Positions 48,660 through 62,370 of a DNA stretch of 64,000 nt are shown here, piece by piece (position 1 is the stretch's first letter; each line of letters opens with the position of its first letter). Under the pieces are notes generated by a model that saw only the letters and a program-made list of their open reading frames with translations, did no database searches and was not told the origin of the DNA. Source of the DNA: Isurus oxyrinchus. Lineage: Eukaryota. The position numbers and the translations under genes are program-made. Where the stretch lies: NCBI GenBank assembly GCA_026770705.1, contig JANJGN010000014.1, forward strand, positions 113,026,001-113,090,000. Reading direction: 5' to 3'.

Positions 48660-50920
48660 ACAAGCAGTATATATCCAGTCCAACAGGACCTGGCCCTTGG
48701 GAATGAGATGAGCCAAGTGGATCAAGTGACACTGGGGGCACATATAGGGGACAGTGATCATTGTATCATAAGGTTTAGGGTGATGGTGGGCAAGGACGTT
48801 GGTCAATCCAGAGCAAGAGTAATCAACTGGCGGAGAGCAGACTTCAATGGGGCAAGAACAGAGCTGGGTTAGATAGACTGGAAGCAAAGGTTGGCAGGAA
48901 AAACAGCAGCTGAATGGGCTACCTTCAAAGAGGAGATGGTTTGGGCACAGTCAATGTAAGTTCCCTCAAAAGGGAAGGGTAGGACAAACAAATCCAGAGC
49001 TCCCTGGATGACAAAGGAGTTAGAAACTGTTAAAGAAGAAAAAGTGTGCTTACAACAGGTGTCAGATAGCAAATACAATTGAGAACTGAATACAGGAGGT
49101 TCGGAAGGGATATGAAAAAGCAAATAAGAGAAGCAATGAGGGATTATGAAAAAAGATGGCAGCTAACAAAAACGGAAATTGCAAAGTATTCTATAAGCTC
49201 ATCAATAGTAAAAGGATGAGCAGTGCCGATTGGGAACCAGAAAGGGAATTTACACATAGAGGCAAGAGGCATGGCTGAGGTGTTAAGTGAATACTTTGCA
49301 TCTGTCTTTATCTATGAGGCAGATGCTGCTCAGGCCATGGTGATAGAGGAGGAAATTCAGTCACTAGAAGGGTCTAAAATTGATAAGGAGGAGATATTGG
49401 ATAAGCTGTCAGTATTTAAAGTTGATTAGGTGCTGGGACTGGATGAGATGCATCCAAGAACATTGAAGGAAGTGAGAGTGGAAATTGCAAAGGCACTGGC
49501 AATAATCTTTCAATGTTCCCTGGATTTCAGGGAGTTGCTGGAGGTCTGGAGAATTGCAAAAATTACGCCCTTGTTCAAAAAAGGTTGTAAAAATCTGCCC
49601 TGCAATCATGGACCAGTCAGTTTAACTTCAGTGGTAGGGAAACTCCCAGAAACAATTAGTCAGGATAGAATTAATAGTCACATGGATAAATGTGGATTGA
49701 TTCGGAAGAGTCAACATGAATTTGTTAAAGGAAATTCATGTCTAACAAACTTGCTGGAGTTTTTTGAAGAGGTAACAGGGATGGTTGATGAGGGCAAAGC
49801 TGTTGATGTGGTGTATATGGACTTCCAAGCGGCATTAGATACACTGCCACACAACAGACTTGTGAGGCAAGTTATTAGTCATGGAATAAGAGGGACAGCA
49901 GCAACGTGGATACAAAATTGGCTGAGGGATAGGAAACAGAGAGTAATGGTTAATGGGTATTTTTCAGGCTGGAAAAGGGTTTGTAGTGGAGTTCATCTGG
50001 AGTTGGTATTGGGACCCTTGCTTTTCCTGATATATATAAATGATCTAGATCTTGATGTGCAGGGGACAATTTCAAAGTTTGCAGATGACACAAAACTTGG
50101 GAGAATTTTAAACTGTAAGGAGGGCAGTGCAGAATTTCAAAAGGACATTGACGCATTGGCAGATGAAGTTCAATGTGGAGAAGTGTGAGGTGATACACTT
50201 TGGTATAAAGAACATGGAGAGACAGTATAAAATAAAGGATACTATTCTAAAGGGTGTGCAGTAGCAGAGAGACCTGGATGTATATGCACATAAGTCATTA
50301 AAGGTGGCAGGACAGGCAGAGAGAGCTGTATGTAAAGCATACAGTATACTAGGCTTCATTAATAGCAGCATAGAGTACAAGAACAGGGAGGTTATGGTGA
50401 ACTTACATAAGACACTGGTTAAACCTCATCTGGAGTATTATGTACAGTTTTGGGTGCCACACTATAGGAAGGATGTGAACGCATTAGAGTGCAGAAAAGA
50501 TTTACAAGAATGGTTCCAGGGATGAGACACACTTCAGTGATGAGGAAAGATTGGAGAAGTTGGGACTGTTTTCCTTGGAGAGGAGAAGGTTAAGCGGAGA
50601 CTTGATAGAAGTTTTCAAAATCATGAGCGGTCTGGACAGAGTAGATAGGGAGAAGATGTCCCTGCTCATAAACGGATCGAGAACCAGAGGGCACAGTTTT
50701 AAAGTGTTTTGCAAAAGAAACAAATGCGAGATGAGAAAAAACTTTTTTCACACAGAGAGTCGTTAGCGTTTGGAATGCACTGGTAGGAAGTGTGGAGGAG
50801 GTAGATTCAATTGAGGCATTCAAGAGGGCATTGGATGATTATTTAAATAGAAACAATGTGCAGTGTTACGAGGAAAAGGCAGGAGATTGGCACTAAATTA
50901 AAATGCTCAGAGAGCCAGTG
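48660..50920 (+). mobile_element. CR1 LINE, ORF2 3' portion and 3' UTR (degenerate)
   Basis: GLDEMHPRTLKE..WRIAKITPLFKKG..PVSLTSVVGK..SCLTNLLEFFEEVT..VDVVYMDF..ISKFADDTKLG; EKLGLFSLERRRLSGDLIEVFKI. Confidence 0.93.
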
Positions 50921-52735
50921 CATATTTTACTTATTTTACATCTTTGCCTGAAGATTTGGAATCTAAGATATAGACAGTTATGATTATGAGCCTCTTGTTA
51001 TCCATGTTCCCATGTCCTCAGATCATCAGAGGTTGGTTCTTTGTCATGAGCTTCTTGGCATTAATCTCTTATAAAGTTGAAGGTTTCTGTGGAGACCTGG
51101 TGGAATGTTACATTGTGCAATGTCTGAAGCAAACACACCAGCTACTTTCTTGATTCAGCAAATGATGATCACTGGGACAATAGGCCTTACAATGTAAGAA
51201 AATTCATCAAAACCATGAGAGAGTTCACAATATGTCCTTTCATCCATCAAATTCATTGCTCTGGACCCTTTGCAATCTTGTTGATATTGAAATCTCCAGA
51301 TGGACCCTAGATCTGTAGTCTTTCATTCAATAAGTCAATTCATTGAATTGACTGAACTGTTTGGATCTTTTGAAGAGCAAAGAGGTTTTCAGATATTCCT
51401 CCAACCACCACTTTGAATACCACTTTGCTATTTCAACTATTTGCTGCACTTCTTGGGAGACACATCACAGAACCTCCTTGCATGTCTGATTCCCTGTTAG
51501 CAAAGTCCCTTCATGGTGGGACCATTGAGAATATCATTCATTTGCTCTGCAGTTGAAGTTGGCATGCCTTAAATTCAGGTGATTGATAGTGTGAGGGCTT
51601 GCAGGTCCAAATGCATATCTAGAAACCTTTGATTGAGCTGCTGGGTGTGCCTCTCCATGAGAGTCACCAATCTCTCGATGGAGGATGCCACAGGTTCAAA
51701 AGAGGGGGAGATGGCAGTGCTTATGGCCTGGATGGGCTCTCCACTGTCTGTGCCAGGGCACGGATACAAGGCCAGGGCACTGATACAAGGCCAGGGAGAA
51801 AAATCATGGGCCCTGTAGCTTCTCCTGCTTCCAGGCCGCTTGAATCCTCCGCCTCAGGCATGATATTTTTTGCCCCTTTCCAAGACTCACCAAACAATTT
51901 AATTTAAGCTCTTCATGTTCAATCAACACCTCCAAGTATTTCAAACGTTTGCAATTTGTATTCATCCATTACTGATATCATGCAGGTGCGATTCACTTTT
52001 TATGACAAGAAATGAATGTGCTATAAAATGGCAGCACTGACTTCAGATAAACGTTACTTGTCGATTGATGTCATGATCTGCTTACTCTGCATATTTCCGG
52101 AGAACATGGTGTGTGCCACTAACCCCTTTAACAAAATGGTATCTGGCACACTGTGCATCAGAAGTGTGTGCATGTGCTGCAAACTCCATTTCAGAAGGGG
52201 CCTTGTGGCACCCGAATATCCAATTTTGCTCCCCTAGCATTTGATCCCTCCTGTTTGTGAATCCTGCTGAGTGCAAATTGGGTGAAAGAATTCCCTACAT
52301 AATAACATTGATTACAAAAGTGCTTCAACAGAAGTTGTGAAAGGCACTGCATAAATGCAAGGTTGTTTCTATTTGAAGCCTTTACACTTGGACACAAAAG
52401 TAAAGCAAGTAATATGAATACAGCAATAACTTTAAATCCAGTTGTATCAACAAGGAGCTCAACTGAAAATCCTACTGCTACTGGAAAAAAAGAGCTACCC
52501 TTGCCTTTAAAAACATGCCAGTTTTGTGTTTGGGAAGGTGAGCTTCACTCTTATCCATCTAAAGCTTCACTTTTGACATTTGACCCCAACATTAGCATCT
52601 CTTATTAAAAACTGCCCTACTCCAATGCTCCCTCTTTCTGATTATAGACTGGTGTTGCTGAAAGGAATAACTTTCATTTTCCTTTCGACTGCTTACTTCG
52701 AGCACCGCAGTGATTGGGTCATGCATCCTTTAGTG

Positions 52736-54732
52736 GGCCAGAACCTGCGCAGGAGGGCAAGAGTGTGGCCAAGGGTGGACTACATCACCCAGGATACACC
52801 CTGTTAAAACAAATGGCTGCACAGAATCAGGCTCTCTCTCTGGCACAATCGGATCTCAAGTGCAGTAATTTTGTCCCAGAGTGGAGGACACAGTGGACGT
52901 TCCAGATTTGGAAGAATCGATGTAACCATTTGATCGCATACAAGATATTAAGCAGACGCTTGAGATGGAGAGGGGCAGTGCTGCTGGTAAAGGCAAAAGC
53001 TGCAAGTGGAGCCGGGTGCCATAGGGCATTGGCCTTGGTGATTTGTACCATATATACCCTCTTCTCTTGGGTCCTGTGCAAATTCCCTCTGGAAGATCTG
53101 CCAGAGCTCGACGCATCTCCCATTGGATACCCAACATTTATTGTCTGACAGACAAATCTAAAGATTTGCCATCTACCTGGGGACTCACCACTTTCTTGTC
53201 CTCCCACATTCCCCTGAGTGCCAGAGGCCTGGGAAATCAGTCTCTGGCAGCTGCTTCGATGATTGTACAGTGTTCCACCCAGTTGGATGTGCGCAATCCC
53301 ACTGAAGTGCCAGCATCTGAGCTGGAGCTAGGTGTGGGCAAAGGTGGGATTGTACACCCTCTGAGGCCCCCTCCTCCTCCTCAGAGATCAATGCCGGAAC
53401 TCGGGATTGAAGGGCATTCAGGGCGAGGAGTGACCTGATGGAGGAATAAGGCTTGAATGCACATCAACACTGAGGAGGCAGACTGAGTAACAGTTAGATC
53501 ATTTCGTACACAGACTGTGACAAATCTCAAGTGGTAAAAATGTGGAGATCCCCAAACCATACACCACAACCACTCATGTCTACCAAAGTCCTTCACACAA
53601 CCCCGAAGTCCAACCCCAGCCTTTCCTCTGCCAGCCAACCTGGCCCCCTGCTGACTTGTCAGTTCAAGTGTGGCCTCCTCCATTGCAGTCGGTACTGCTA
53701 GATTGGGCACTTTGCCACCTGTCATTGAACATTTGTGGGCAAAATGCACCCACCTCCAGTGAAGACAAAGGTAGATTAATGGGACCCATACCTGAGTGGA
53801 ACAACTGTTCAGGCGGGTCACCATTATCTCTTGTCTTTCTGCACCACATATTGCGGCACCCCTCCCCTTCTATGTGACAATCCCAGCTAACAAGCCCCAG
53901 CCACCAACATTCTTGCAGGGTGCTGAGATTTCAGTTGACTTTATGGGCGTACATGCACCATAATTCAACACCCCTGACAGAATCCCCCAAACCCACCAAT
54001 GCATAACTCCCCATAAATATGCACTCACATTGTCAAACAGTATCCCCACTTAATCTTGTGGAGTGCAGAAGGTCAATCACCCTCTTCCGACACTGCAGCC
54101 AGATCCTACCCATGACCCCACAGGTGAGGACCACCACTGCCATTCCATCCAGATTTTTTTAATCAGATGGGGAGGTCTCTTCTTGCCATCTCACTGCAGG
54201 AGAATTTCTTGCTGCTCGCTGACAGCCAGAGGGAGGGTACGCAGGGAATCAGCAATGAACCGTGGGACCGTGTGTGCACGCCTCTCCCACATTGCTGAAG
54301 GATGCTGTCCATTACTGCATCTCCATGAAACATTTAAGCTCTCTTCCCTGTACAAAGCCCCTCAGCTGCAATGGGCCTGGAAGAACAACAATATGCCCCT
54401 TCAAAACAACTCTCACCAAATATGCTGCTCTCAGGGTCCCATTAGGTCTTCTCCCCCTCCAGTGCCCCTGCACCCCCCACCCGACCCCATCCCAGCATGA
54501 TTTAACCATTCTAGCACCCCTTTAAACCTCCCAGCAACAGCATTTTCTGCCCTTGAGCCTGCCCCAGTTGCCACCTCCAAGCCTCCTGTGGGCCTGTCCT
54601 TGAGCAATTTTTTCGATGGCTGGCCCTTAATTGGGTGATTGCTGTTAGCCACTGGGAGAAGGTGGGAATGGATGTTATGCCTCTGTCCACTTCCGCCCAT
54701 GGGATCTGCATACTGAGCTCAAAGTTCTGACC
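52736..54732 (-). mobile_element. Harbinger derivative carrying a Myb/SANT-like gene remnant
   Basis: TIR ggccagaacct / aagttctgacc; minus-strand VPRFIADSL..DGKKRPPHLIKKIW..WLQCRKRVIDL at ~54055-54270. Confidence 0.65.
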
Positions 54733-55249
54733 ATCAAGTATTCAAGCCTTCTCCAATGCCTCTAAGCATATACACCTTCATTGCTCGAATAGACCCCACC
54801 TCACATCTTGCTACCTCCTTACTTTCTACATGCCGATAGCGATTTTTGGTTTCCCTCTTATGTTAACTGACATTTTATTTTCATATTGCCTCTTTGCCAG
54901 TCCTACTTTTCTCTGCACTTTCTCTCTAAGCTCATTGAGCCAGATTGTTATGTTTGAGACAAGAATTTGGAGTGGGGAAATTTCCCGACATCATGATCCC
55001 ACCTCCTAAATGGCAGTGCCGCCTGATGTGATTTTCATCAGAGGAAGGGTGTGCTATGGCACCTGCATGGAGTCTCAATTGATGACAGGAAGAGAGCTGA
55101 ATGTAGAGATGGGTCTAACCTGACTCGGGCTGATAAAATGGCTGCTTCCACCAGCATCTTTCCACTGCAAGAAAAGTTTCAACTGTTTAGCAGGAGGAGC
55201 TCTAGGATCTTACATGTTATTGAGAGCAGGGCGATGGGGCGGTAGCTAA

Positions 55250-56782
55250 GTGGATCATTGAGTGGTTTCCTGGCTTGGCCATGGCCATTACTTTGGATTG
55301 GTGTCAGATGTTTGGAATGATGCCTATGCTTTGGATGTTGCTAACCAGCTTTGCTAGCCACTTACTATTCCTCTTGTGTGTAAGGGCTTGAGAAGTCTGT
55401 CTACAATGGGACAATCTTGAGAGACTGCATCAGGGCTGTTTCTACCATCCACTTACCTCACCCACTGGCTGGTTTCTTTGGGTCTATGAGAGGTTGTGAA
55501 GCGCCGGCATCAGCATTGATTCTGGGCAACTGGTATGGTTGTTAAAAACAAAAAACTGCGGATGCTGGAAATCCAAAACAAAAACAGAATTACCTGGAAA
55601 AACTCAGCAGGTCTGGCAGCATCGGTGGAGAAGAAAAGAGTTGACGTTTCAAGTCCTCGTGACACTTCAACAGAACCTGTTGAAGAGTCATGAGGACTCG
55701 AAACGTCAACTCTTCTCTTCTCTGCCAATGCTGCCAGACCTGCTGAGTTTTTCCAGGTAATTCTGTTTTTGTTTTGGTATGGTTGTTGTTTGGCTGCTCC
55801 GAGGCATCACAGAGTATCCAAGCCTTTCAGCTTGAATGCATTAGCCGTTTTATGAGGAGTCCTTATTCAAGGCACTCAAGGCTTGCTGTTGCCACATCAT
55901 TTTCCCTATATTCTTCCAGGAGTCTTTCATTTTCTGGGGTCCAGCAGGGGATGAAGGTTTTACTGAAGCTTCAGGGAATAAATTTGGTAGTTGCCAGTCT
56001 GAGAAGGTGAGTAAATCAGTTGTAGCTTTTGGGGACGGGTGGAATCTGCTTCATGGTGGCCTCTATGTATCCACTTTTGTCCTTCCACAGATTCCAGCCT
56101 GGGGTTTTGTCTTTCAGTTTATGGATGGTACGTCAAGGCTGATGTAAATGAGGCTTGGACATTGTTGGAATTGGGGAAGGTGCGCAGCACTTGTCGGGAG
56201 CACATCAGAGATTGGCTGTTGCTGCGGTGGGTCCTGAAGCAAAGATCAGGTGGGTAGGAATGGTATGTGTCAGGCTGCTTTGCATCGTACACAAGTTTTC
56301 AGTCATGCATGGAGACCCAGTCTGACATTTGTTCTCCCACAGTATTGTTGTTGAGGCATCCCCACATGTGATATTGGGTATAGAAGTCACCAATGTAGAT
56401 GGTTGGGTGTGCTGAAGGCTATATTATGATGTTGGGCCACAGGTCATTTGGTGGCTTGTAGACATTTGGGATGGTCAGCTTACTTAGTTTTGATGGACAT
56501 GGAGTAAAGGTTGTGTGATATGTCTTCTGCGTCTTTGATGAGGTTCTCTTTGACGTAGGTGACTAGGCTGTATGTCTTGTTATCCCTGCTGGCAATGAGT
56601 TGTGGACTCAATGTTTGGTGTTATCCACAAGGTGGCTTTCTTGCAGAGTGACAGATGTCCACATTCCTGTCAGAGTTCTATTGTGAGTAGGTCATGATTG
56701 TGAGTAGCTATTATGAGTAGCTCACATTCTTGTTGCTGAAGGAAGGGAGAAAGCAACCTTCGTGTGATCCTCCTTTTAAAGC
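55250..56782 (-). mobile_element. Vingi/Ingi-like LINE endonuclease region (degenerate); 5' UTR probably continues at 61989-62115
   Basis: NVYKPP, IYIGDF.TQYHMWG, LVYDAKQPDT.HS..SPDLCF, FQQCPSLI (cf. SQHRP) motifs typical of Vingi APE. Confidence 0.65.
55544..55774. mobile_element. 231-bp fold-back element of two inverted PLE termini (same young family as 617-4391)
   Basis: 13-bp TSD tggtatggttgtt (55531-55543 and 55775-55787); axis cttcaacag-aac-ctgttgaag at 55674-55676; ends nearly identical to those of the 3.8-kb element. Confidence 0.93.
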
Positions 56783-59700
56783 TGTCATGTTATTACAGTG
56801 ATCTGATATCTTGGGCTTATTTACTGTACAAGACACAAGGCACCAATTGTTCATAAGGCATTTGGTAAACACATTATGGGTTCATTTATTAAGACTAGGC
56901 ACATGAGAACAGTTATATATAGGTATAAGGCTTGAAGGCATCACAGCTGTGTGTCTGTGTGCTCTGCTCAAAGCTGGATCACATGACATATTTCCCTTCT
57001 AGTGATCTCATGCTGATATCCCTTAAAGGCACATTACAATATCTCCCTTTCGTTTCAAAGATACATTCCTCTCTTCCAGAGAAGTATAATATTTACAATA
57101 CATGTTCATGTTTAGTTACCATAACAAAAATGCGTGGAACTGATGAATCTTTGAGTCTCTGAAGTGTAGAGATAAACTGTTGGTTTGCCTAGATGGTAAC
57201 CTTGCCTGGAGGGTTCCTTAATGGCTCACAATGAGCCATGGGATTGTCATGCTTGGGTGTTGTTTCTGGTTGCATTTGTGGTCTTGTCCTAGATGCAGTA
57301 GGACTATACAGTGGTCAAGGAGCTGGAATAGATCTGATTTGTCCTCGGTTACACTTCACCATTGCACCTTTGGGCGTAATGACTTCACAGATCCTTGGTT
57401 TGGAACACATCCTTGTCACCTCGGCTGGTTGCCACGTACTTTCTGTGTGATCTTGGATGCAAACTTGTTGAACCAACTGTAAACTTGTCAATTCTGAACC
57501 TGCATTTTTATCATGCACATTGGTCATTTTCTTTTATAGTTTTAAGAGTTGCTCTCTTGTTTCTGAGAGTGTAGGATGGGTTAGAGTAGGTAAGTTGGTA
57601 CATGTTGGTCTGCCAAACATGAGCTCTGCCAAACATGAGCTCTTCTGGTGATGGAATAATTGCACTTAAAGGTGTCGCTCTCAAATGTAACAATACGGTG
57701 TTGCTTGGTTTGTCTAAATTTGTGAATTAAGGGTTTCACCCTGCAAATCATTAATTCAGCTAGACTGTTAGATCTAGGGTAATAAGGAGAGGAAGTATGA
57801 CATTTCACTTCTCAAATGTATCCTGAAATGGCTTACCAATAAATAATGAACTGTTATCTGTATTAATCTCTCTAGACACACCAAATAAACTGAAAATAGC
57901 ATGTGGAGTATGCACAATAGTTATGCTTGGCATTTTGTGCTATTGTCAAATGATGGGTACTTGATAAAGTAGTCAATGATAATGATGAAGTCATTGTCGT
58001 GGACATGAAAGAGGTCAGATGCAATTTTGGGTTTGGACTAAGGATGGGTAGGAAATTCATGTGGAATCAATGGTGCTTTGTGCTGACTTGGCATATGTTC
58101 TTGACATGCCTTGCACTTCTTGACAATGACTTCATTAGCATTATTCATACCCAGCCAATAGACTGCTTCTTTTGTGAGTCTTCCCATCCAATCTATGCCT
58201 ATAAGTGAGTGATGAGGTTGTTGAAGAATATCAGGTTGCAAAGATTCCAGCATGATGACCTGCCTGCCTTTAAAAATAACTCCCTGGGAGATGCCTGGCT
58301 CGCCCCAATAAGGCCAAAATAGTCTCACATCTTCATAAAGATGCTGAATTGAATCAGGCCATCCTTCAGTGATGGTTTTGCACAGTTTCTGTAGTGTAGA
58401 ATTTTTCGCTGTTTCTTCTTGTAATTGTTGGCAATTTTGTTGTGCAAAATGTACCAGATCAATTTGGAGAACAGCTTCAAGTTCGATGTCAATGAAGTCA
58501 ACTTGTAGATCTAAAGATGTATCTCATTTTTTCATTGGGTTAAGAGTATCTGTTAAGAGTATCCGATGTGATCATCAAGTTACCTGGCTTGTACCTAATC
58601 TGACAGTCGTAAACTTGAATTTTTATCAAGAGACATTGCAATCTTGGTGGTGCACTGCTCAATGGTTTTCACTAAATCACCTCTAACGGCTTGTGGTCAG
58701 CCTCCACCACAATTCTTTTGCCAAATAGATAGATATGAAAACGCATGATTCCAATCACTAAAGCTAATGTTTCTGTCTCAGTGTTGGAATAGTTGGATTT
58801 TGATTTTGAGAGATTTTGAAGCAAATGCAATCAGTTTGCCTTTTAGTAGTATGCATGCTCCCAGACCTCCCAGGGTAGTTGTCTCCCTTGGATCATAGAA
58901 TTCATAAAGTTGCAATGTCCATGCTTCAATGCCACAGGAAAGACATATCCTTTCTCAACAATTCCTTTAGCAATGAAGACTTTTGAGTGAAATTGGGAAT
59001 GTATGATGACAAGAAATCAAGGAGAGCTAGACATCTCCAAAGATCATTCTTATCTTGAGAGGTTGGCATGGCCTTAATATCCTCTGTTTTATTTAGATCA
59101 GGACATATGCCAGCACTGGAATATATAGGACTGAAGAAATTGATCTGCTGCTCGGTGATGGTGCATTTCAGACTTTTGAACACCGATCCTTCATTAGGTG
59201 CCACTTGCATCAATAAGTGCAGGTTATGATCAACTTCTTGCTTTGTTTTTCCCACAACAACTATGTTATCTGCAATGCAAATGCATCCTTGTACAGTGTA
59301 TGTAATGCAGCCCATGTGAGTTTGAAAGAGATCCTGGCTAACAGGTAACTCTAAAGGAAGTCATTGAAAACAGTATTGTCCAAGAGAGATAATGTAGTAA
59401 ATGTAGTAAGCTTCTTGGGACTTCTCTGCGAGATGTACTGACCAGTAGCCATGCTTGGCATCAAGCTTTGAGAAAAATTTTGCACATTCAAATCTTGGAT
59501 TTATGTCTTCTAATGTGGGCATTTTGTGACGACAATGCTTCAAAGCTGTGTTTAAACCTCGTGGATCACGGCATACTCTCAATGATCCATCCTTCTTTAT
59601 GACACACGTGATTGAGCTGCAACAATCCGTGTGCTCTTGTACTCTTCTAATTATGCCAACTTTCGCCATTTTTCCCAGTTCAACCTTCAATTTGTCTTGT

Positions 59701-61988
59701 ACGTGAATGCTGCCACTTTTGTGGTGGGTCAGTTGACAGACTTGCATTCTCATGCAAATTTAATGTTGCAGCTCTTTGAAAATGTCATTTTTTTCAAAAC
59801 ATTCTGGATATTTTGATGTTAAGTTGTGAACTGAGGTGATAGGAGTAATTTCTGAGGTTGATCTGCCTTGTGATGTCTGACTGATTCCATGGATTGTTAC
59901 TAGTGCGAGGTCGCAACATGCTGGTAGACCTGCAATCATTAGGGCTTTATTTTCCACAATGTAGAACATCTGTGACACTCAGGAGAATTGATTATAGTTG
60001 CACTCCAGGACTATGGATCCTGCACATGGAATTAGTGAACCATATATGCTGTGCGTTTTACTCTAGTAGGCTTCGCTATTGCCTTCCAAATCTGTGGCTG
60101 TGTCTTTTAGAGTTTGCAGGGATAGTATGTTGGCCGTTGCCCCCATTTCAATCTTGGCTGATAACAAATAGTTTCCAACTTTCTAAGGGGAGATCATTCA
60201 AATCTTGGCAAACGCTTCAGACACTGAGATGGCATCTATGTTTTCCATGAGATTGACAGTGTGACACGTGTTTACCACTCATCATCTCGTTATGCACATT
60301 ATCGTCATTTTCTAGTTTATCAATTACCTCATGTATATGTTTCTGATGGGAGACGGGATATAATTCTCATTGCTTGAAGGTACCCTTTGTATACCGTCTG
60401 TTTGGATCAGTGCATGGCTCTTTGTAGCTGCATTAGCCTTTGCTCTAGTGCACTGCCACTGCCAATGGCCCTTTCTGCCACATGCATTGCAGAATTTGTG
60501 TAGAACTGGGCATTTCCTTGGTGCATGCAGAAGACCACACATTCCATATATCTTGCTAGGTTGGTTGTTCTTGTGAGTGCGTAATGATTGGGTTGTACTT
60601 AGCACTTGTAATCTTTGTCGCCCTGCGAGGATCATTTCGTACTGACTTCCATTCTTGAGTAGCTCTTCGATGCTATACATTTTGGGTTTGTCTAGCAGCT
60701 CTTTCAGGAATGCTTCCATGGGAGTGGATGTAACCACCAACTCAACAATTTTTTCTGTTAACCCTGCATTTGAAAAATCACAGTATGTACCCCTTTCTCT
60801 GCATCTGCTGATGAACTGGTCTGCGGATTCCGTAAACTATTGTTGAAATGACATGAACACTAGTTGATGAAAACTAAAGTTTAACTTGATTTTGAACCGG
60901 TCTTCCAATGTAGTGCACATCTTTTGCGAATCCTTTAACTCTTCTTCCGTTAATCCCGACATGTTCAGTCTGGGTGGACCTTCATTCACAATTGCTAGGT
61001 GAATTTTTATGGCTTGCTTGTCTGTTCAGACACACCTAGTTCAAGAAACCATAGCTCTGTACGCTGTTTAAGTATTTTGAATTCTGATAGGTCAGCTGCA
61101 TCCCAGTTCAAATGGAGGAATTTTGTGGGCATTCTGGCAATACTCCTTTGACCTTCCTTCTTCTGCAACACCTGGGATGTGTGTCTCTGTAGCCACTTTC
61201 ATGCACTTTTCCAAAGCTTTGCCAATGAAGACGAGTTTTGGTGGGAACACACCACAGAGGAATGGTGTATTTGCTTTTTATTCAATTTATTGTTCAGAAA
61301 CTTCCACAGCCACCCATCACATTCTCTGGCACAATTTTTACCATTGCTTATTTTTGTTTCACTTGCCCTTGATCACTATTGATCTGACTCACACAGAGGT
61401 CACTCGTTTTTCCCGACAGAGCTAACCCAACGCTAGTTCTCTCGCCGTGCAGTCCCACTCACAGAAACAACAGGCTATGCGCTGCAACATCACCAGAAGG
61501 AATCCATCTGCTTCCCAGCTCTTTATTTGGGCACTAGCTTGGCACTGTGACTCCAAAGATTTTCTTTGCAGTCAGCATGAAGCGTTTTCAACTCTCTCCT
61601 ATGCTGCAACATCGTTGCAGTCTGACCAAAATATCAAGGGCTTCCTCCTGCCATGTAGCACAATCCAAGCTCATTCACCATGTCGTACCTGTATTTAATT
61701 TTGCTGCTGCTAATCACCATGTCATGTTATTACAATGATACCTTGGGCTTATTTACTGCATAAAACACAAGGCACTAATCGCTCATAAGGGATTTGGTAA
61801 ACACATTGCGGGTTCATTTATTAAGACTAGGCACATGAGAACAGCTATACCGTGGTATAAAGCTTGAAGGCATCAGAGCTGTGTATGTGTGCTCTGTTCA
61901 AAGCAAAAGTGAAACTAAGGCTGGATCACATGACATACCTCTCCTCTAGTGATGTCATGTTGACATCCCTTAAAGGCATATTACCACA
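56783..61988 (-). mobile_element. Full-length degenerate Ty3/Gypsy LTR retrotransposon
   Basis: LTRs 56783-57041 and 61720-61988; PPT gaaagggaga at 57042-57051; PBS tggtg..gcagc; gag knuckle CNACGRKGHWQWQC; RT KKDGSLRVCRDP, FSKLDAKHGYW, IADN; integrase GVIFKGRQVI..VYWLGM..CKAC, SPYYPRSNSLAE; imperfect TSD aagc/aaga. Confidence 0.92.
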
Positions 61989-62129
61989 AAGACAAGCTTT
62001 CTAACTTGAAAACCTGTAAACTAATGCTGTCAATAAGGTGCCCAGACCCCAACCACCAGGCTTCCGGTCCAAGCTATAGACACCTACCAGAAAATGGAAT
62101 GTCTCAGGGACAACAAAGTTAAGCAGGTG

Positions 62130-62370
62130 GAATAAAACCAGAAAATGCTGGAAATGCTCAGCAGGTCAGGCAGTATCTGTGGAGAGAGAAACAGAGTTAT
62201 CCTTTCAGGTTGACGACCCTTCACCAGAACAGTTCTGATAAAGGGTCATTGAACTGAAAAGTTTACTCTGTTTCTCTCTCCACAGATGCTGCCTGACCTG
62301 CTGAGCATTTCCAGTATTTTATGTTTTTATTTGAGGCTTTCAGTGTTCACAATATCTTGTTTTTCATTTA
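62130..62370. mobile_element. Short fold-back element of two inverted PLE termini (third subfamily, opposite polarity)
   Basis: atgctggaaatgctcagcaggtcaggcag...agaac-a-gttct...ctgcctgacctgctgagcatttccag; degenerate CTGAT.AAGGGTC..GAAA core. Confidence 0.8.

Noticed and set aside
55544-55774. DNA-transposon MITE interpretation of the short palindromes
   Set aside because: The 13-16-bp TSDs, asymmetric ends and identity to PLE termini point to retrotransposition rather than DDE transposition.
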